A stretch of DNA of 55,205 nt from a virus (lineage: Duplodnaviria > Caudoviricetes), in IMG/VR virus record IMGVR_UViG_3300031974_005644, positions 1-55,205 of that record, one strand, 5' to 3'. Of the stretch, positions 55,012 to 55,205 are shown one piece after another; position 1 is the first letter of the stretch, and every line of letters begins with the position of its first letter. Below the pieces are notes generated by a model that ran no database searches, had not been told where the DNA came from, and saw only the letters and a program-made list of their open reading frames with translations. The position numbers and the translations under genes are program-made.

Positions 55012-55205
55012 CCGTCCAGTTCAACCCGCCAACACTGTGGGACGCCCATCAAATCGGCGCCTATCTGCGCGTGACCCGCAAGACGGTGCTCACCGACTAC
55101 GTTCACAAGCCTGGGTTTCCTCAACCGGTCGGTGGCGCCAGGCGTAACCGGTTGTGGGTCGCCGAAGACGTGGTCAAGTTTCTGACGCGCAGGGCAGCGG
55201 CCTAG
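55008..55205 (+). CDS. AlpA/excisionase-like DNA-binding protein
   Basis: IGAYLRVTRKTV...FPQP...W...DV; last gene of the early-left operon. Confidence 0.75.
   Translation: MTVQFNPPTLWDAHQIGAYLRVTRKTVLTDYVHKPGFPQPVGGARRNRLWVAEDVVKFLTRRAAA

Noticed and set aside
1-55205. CRISPR array, diversity-generating retroelement, integrase and att sites
   Set aside because: No repeat-spacer array, reverse transcriptase or recombinase of the integrase type was seen. The integrase would be expected just beyond the AlpA/Xis gene, outside the window.

Overview
This is a near-complete temperate phage or prophage genome from a GC-rich proteobacterial host. It has a lambdoid regulatory layout and a short-tailed (podovirus-type) virion module. 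The minus strand carries cro, cII, a ParB-like gene, a helicase, a primase, a nin-like region with a DpdA/TGT-fold gene, and Q. It continues with the late operon: holin candidate, terS, terL, portal, scaffold, capsid, adaptors, tailspike, nozzle, fibre, ejection proteins, a 3338-aa polyvalent protein, an arc/mnt/antirepressor cassette, a SAR endolysin and spanins. The plus strand carries cI, accessory genes and the early-left operon (recombinase, YqaJ exonuclease, SSB, ending in an AlpA/Xis-like gene). No integrase lies inside the window. The most striking observation is that two different endonuclease genes sit inside other genes with no room for an intron or intein. (1) An HNH gene cuts the terminase large subunit into two intact, translationally coupled ORFs within the ATPase domain. 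(2) An endonuclease VII gene splits a tRNA(CAT) in its anticodon stem, taking its stop codon from the tRNA 3' half. The split tRNA is flanked by two candidate structured non-coding RNAs, one with a hairpin motif repeated three times. All family assignments come from motif recognition by eye; no searches were run.
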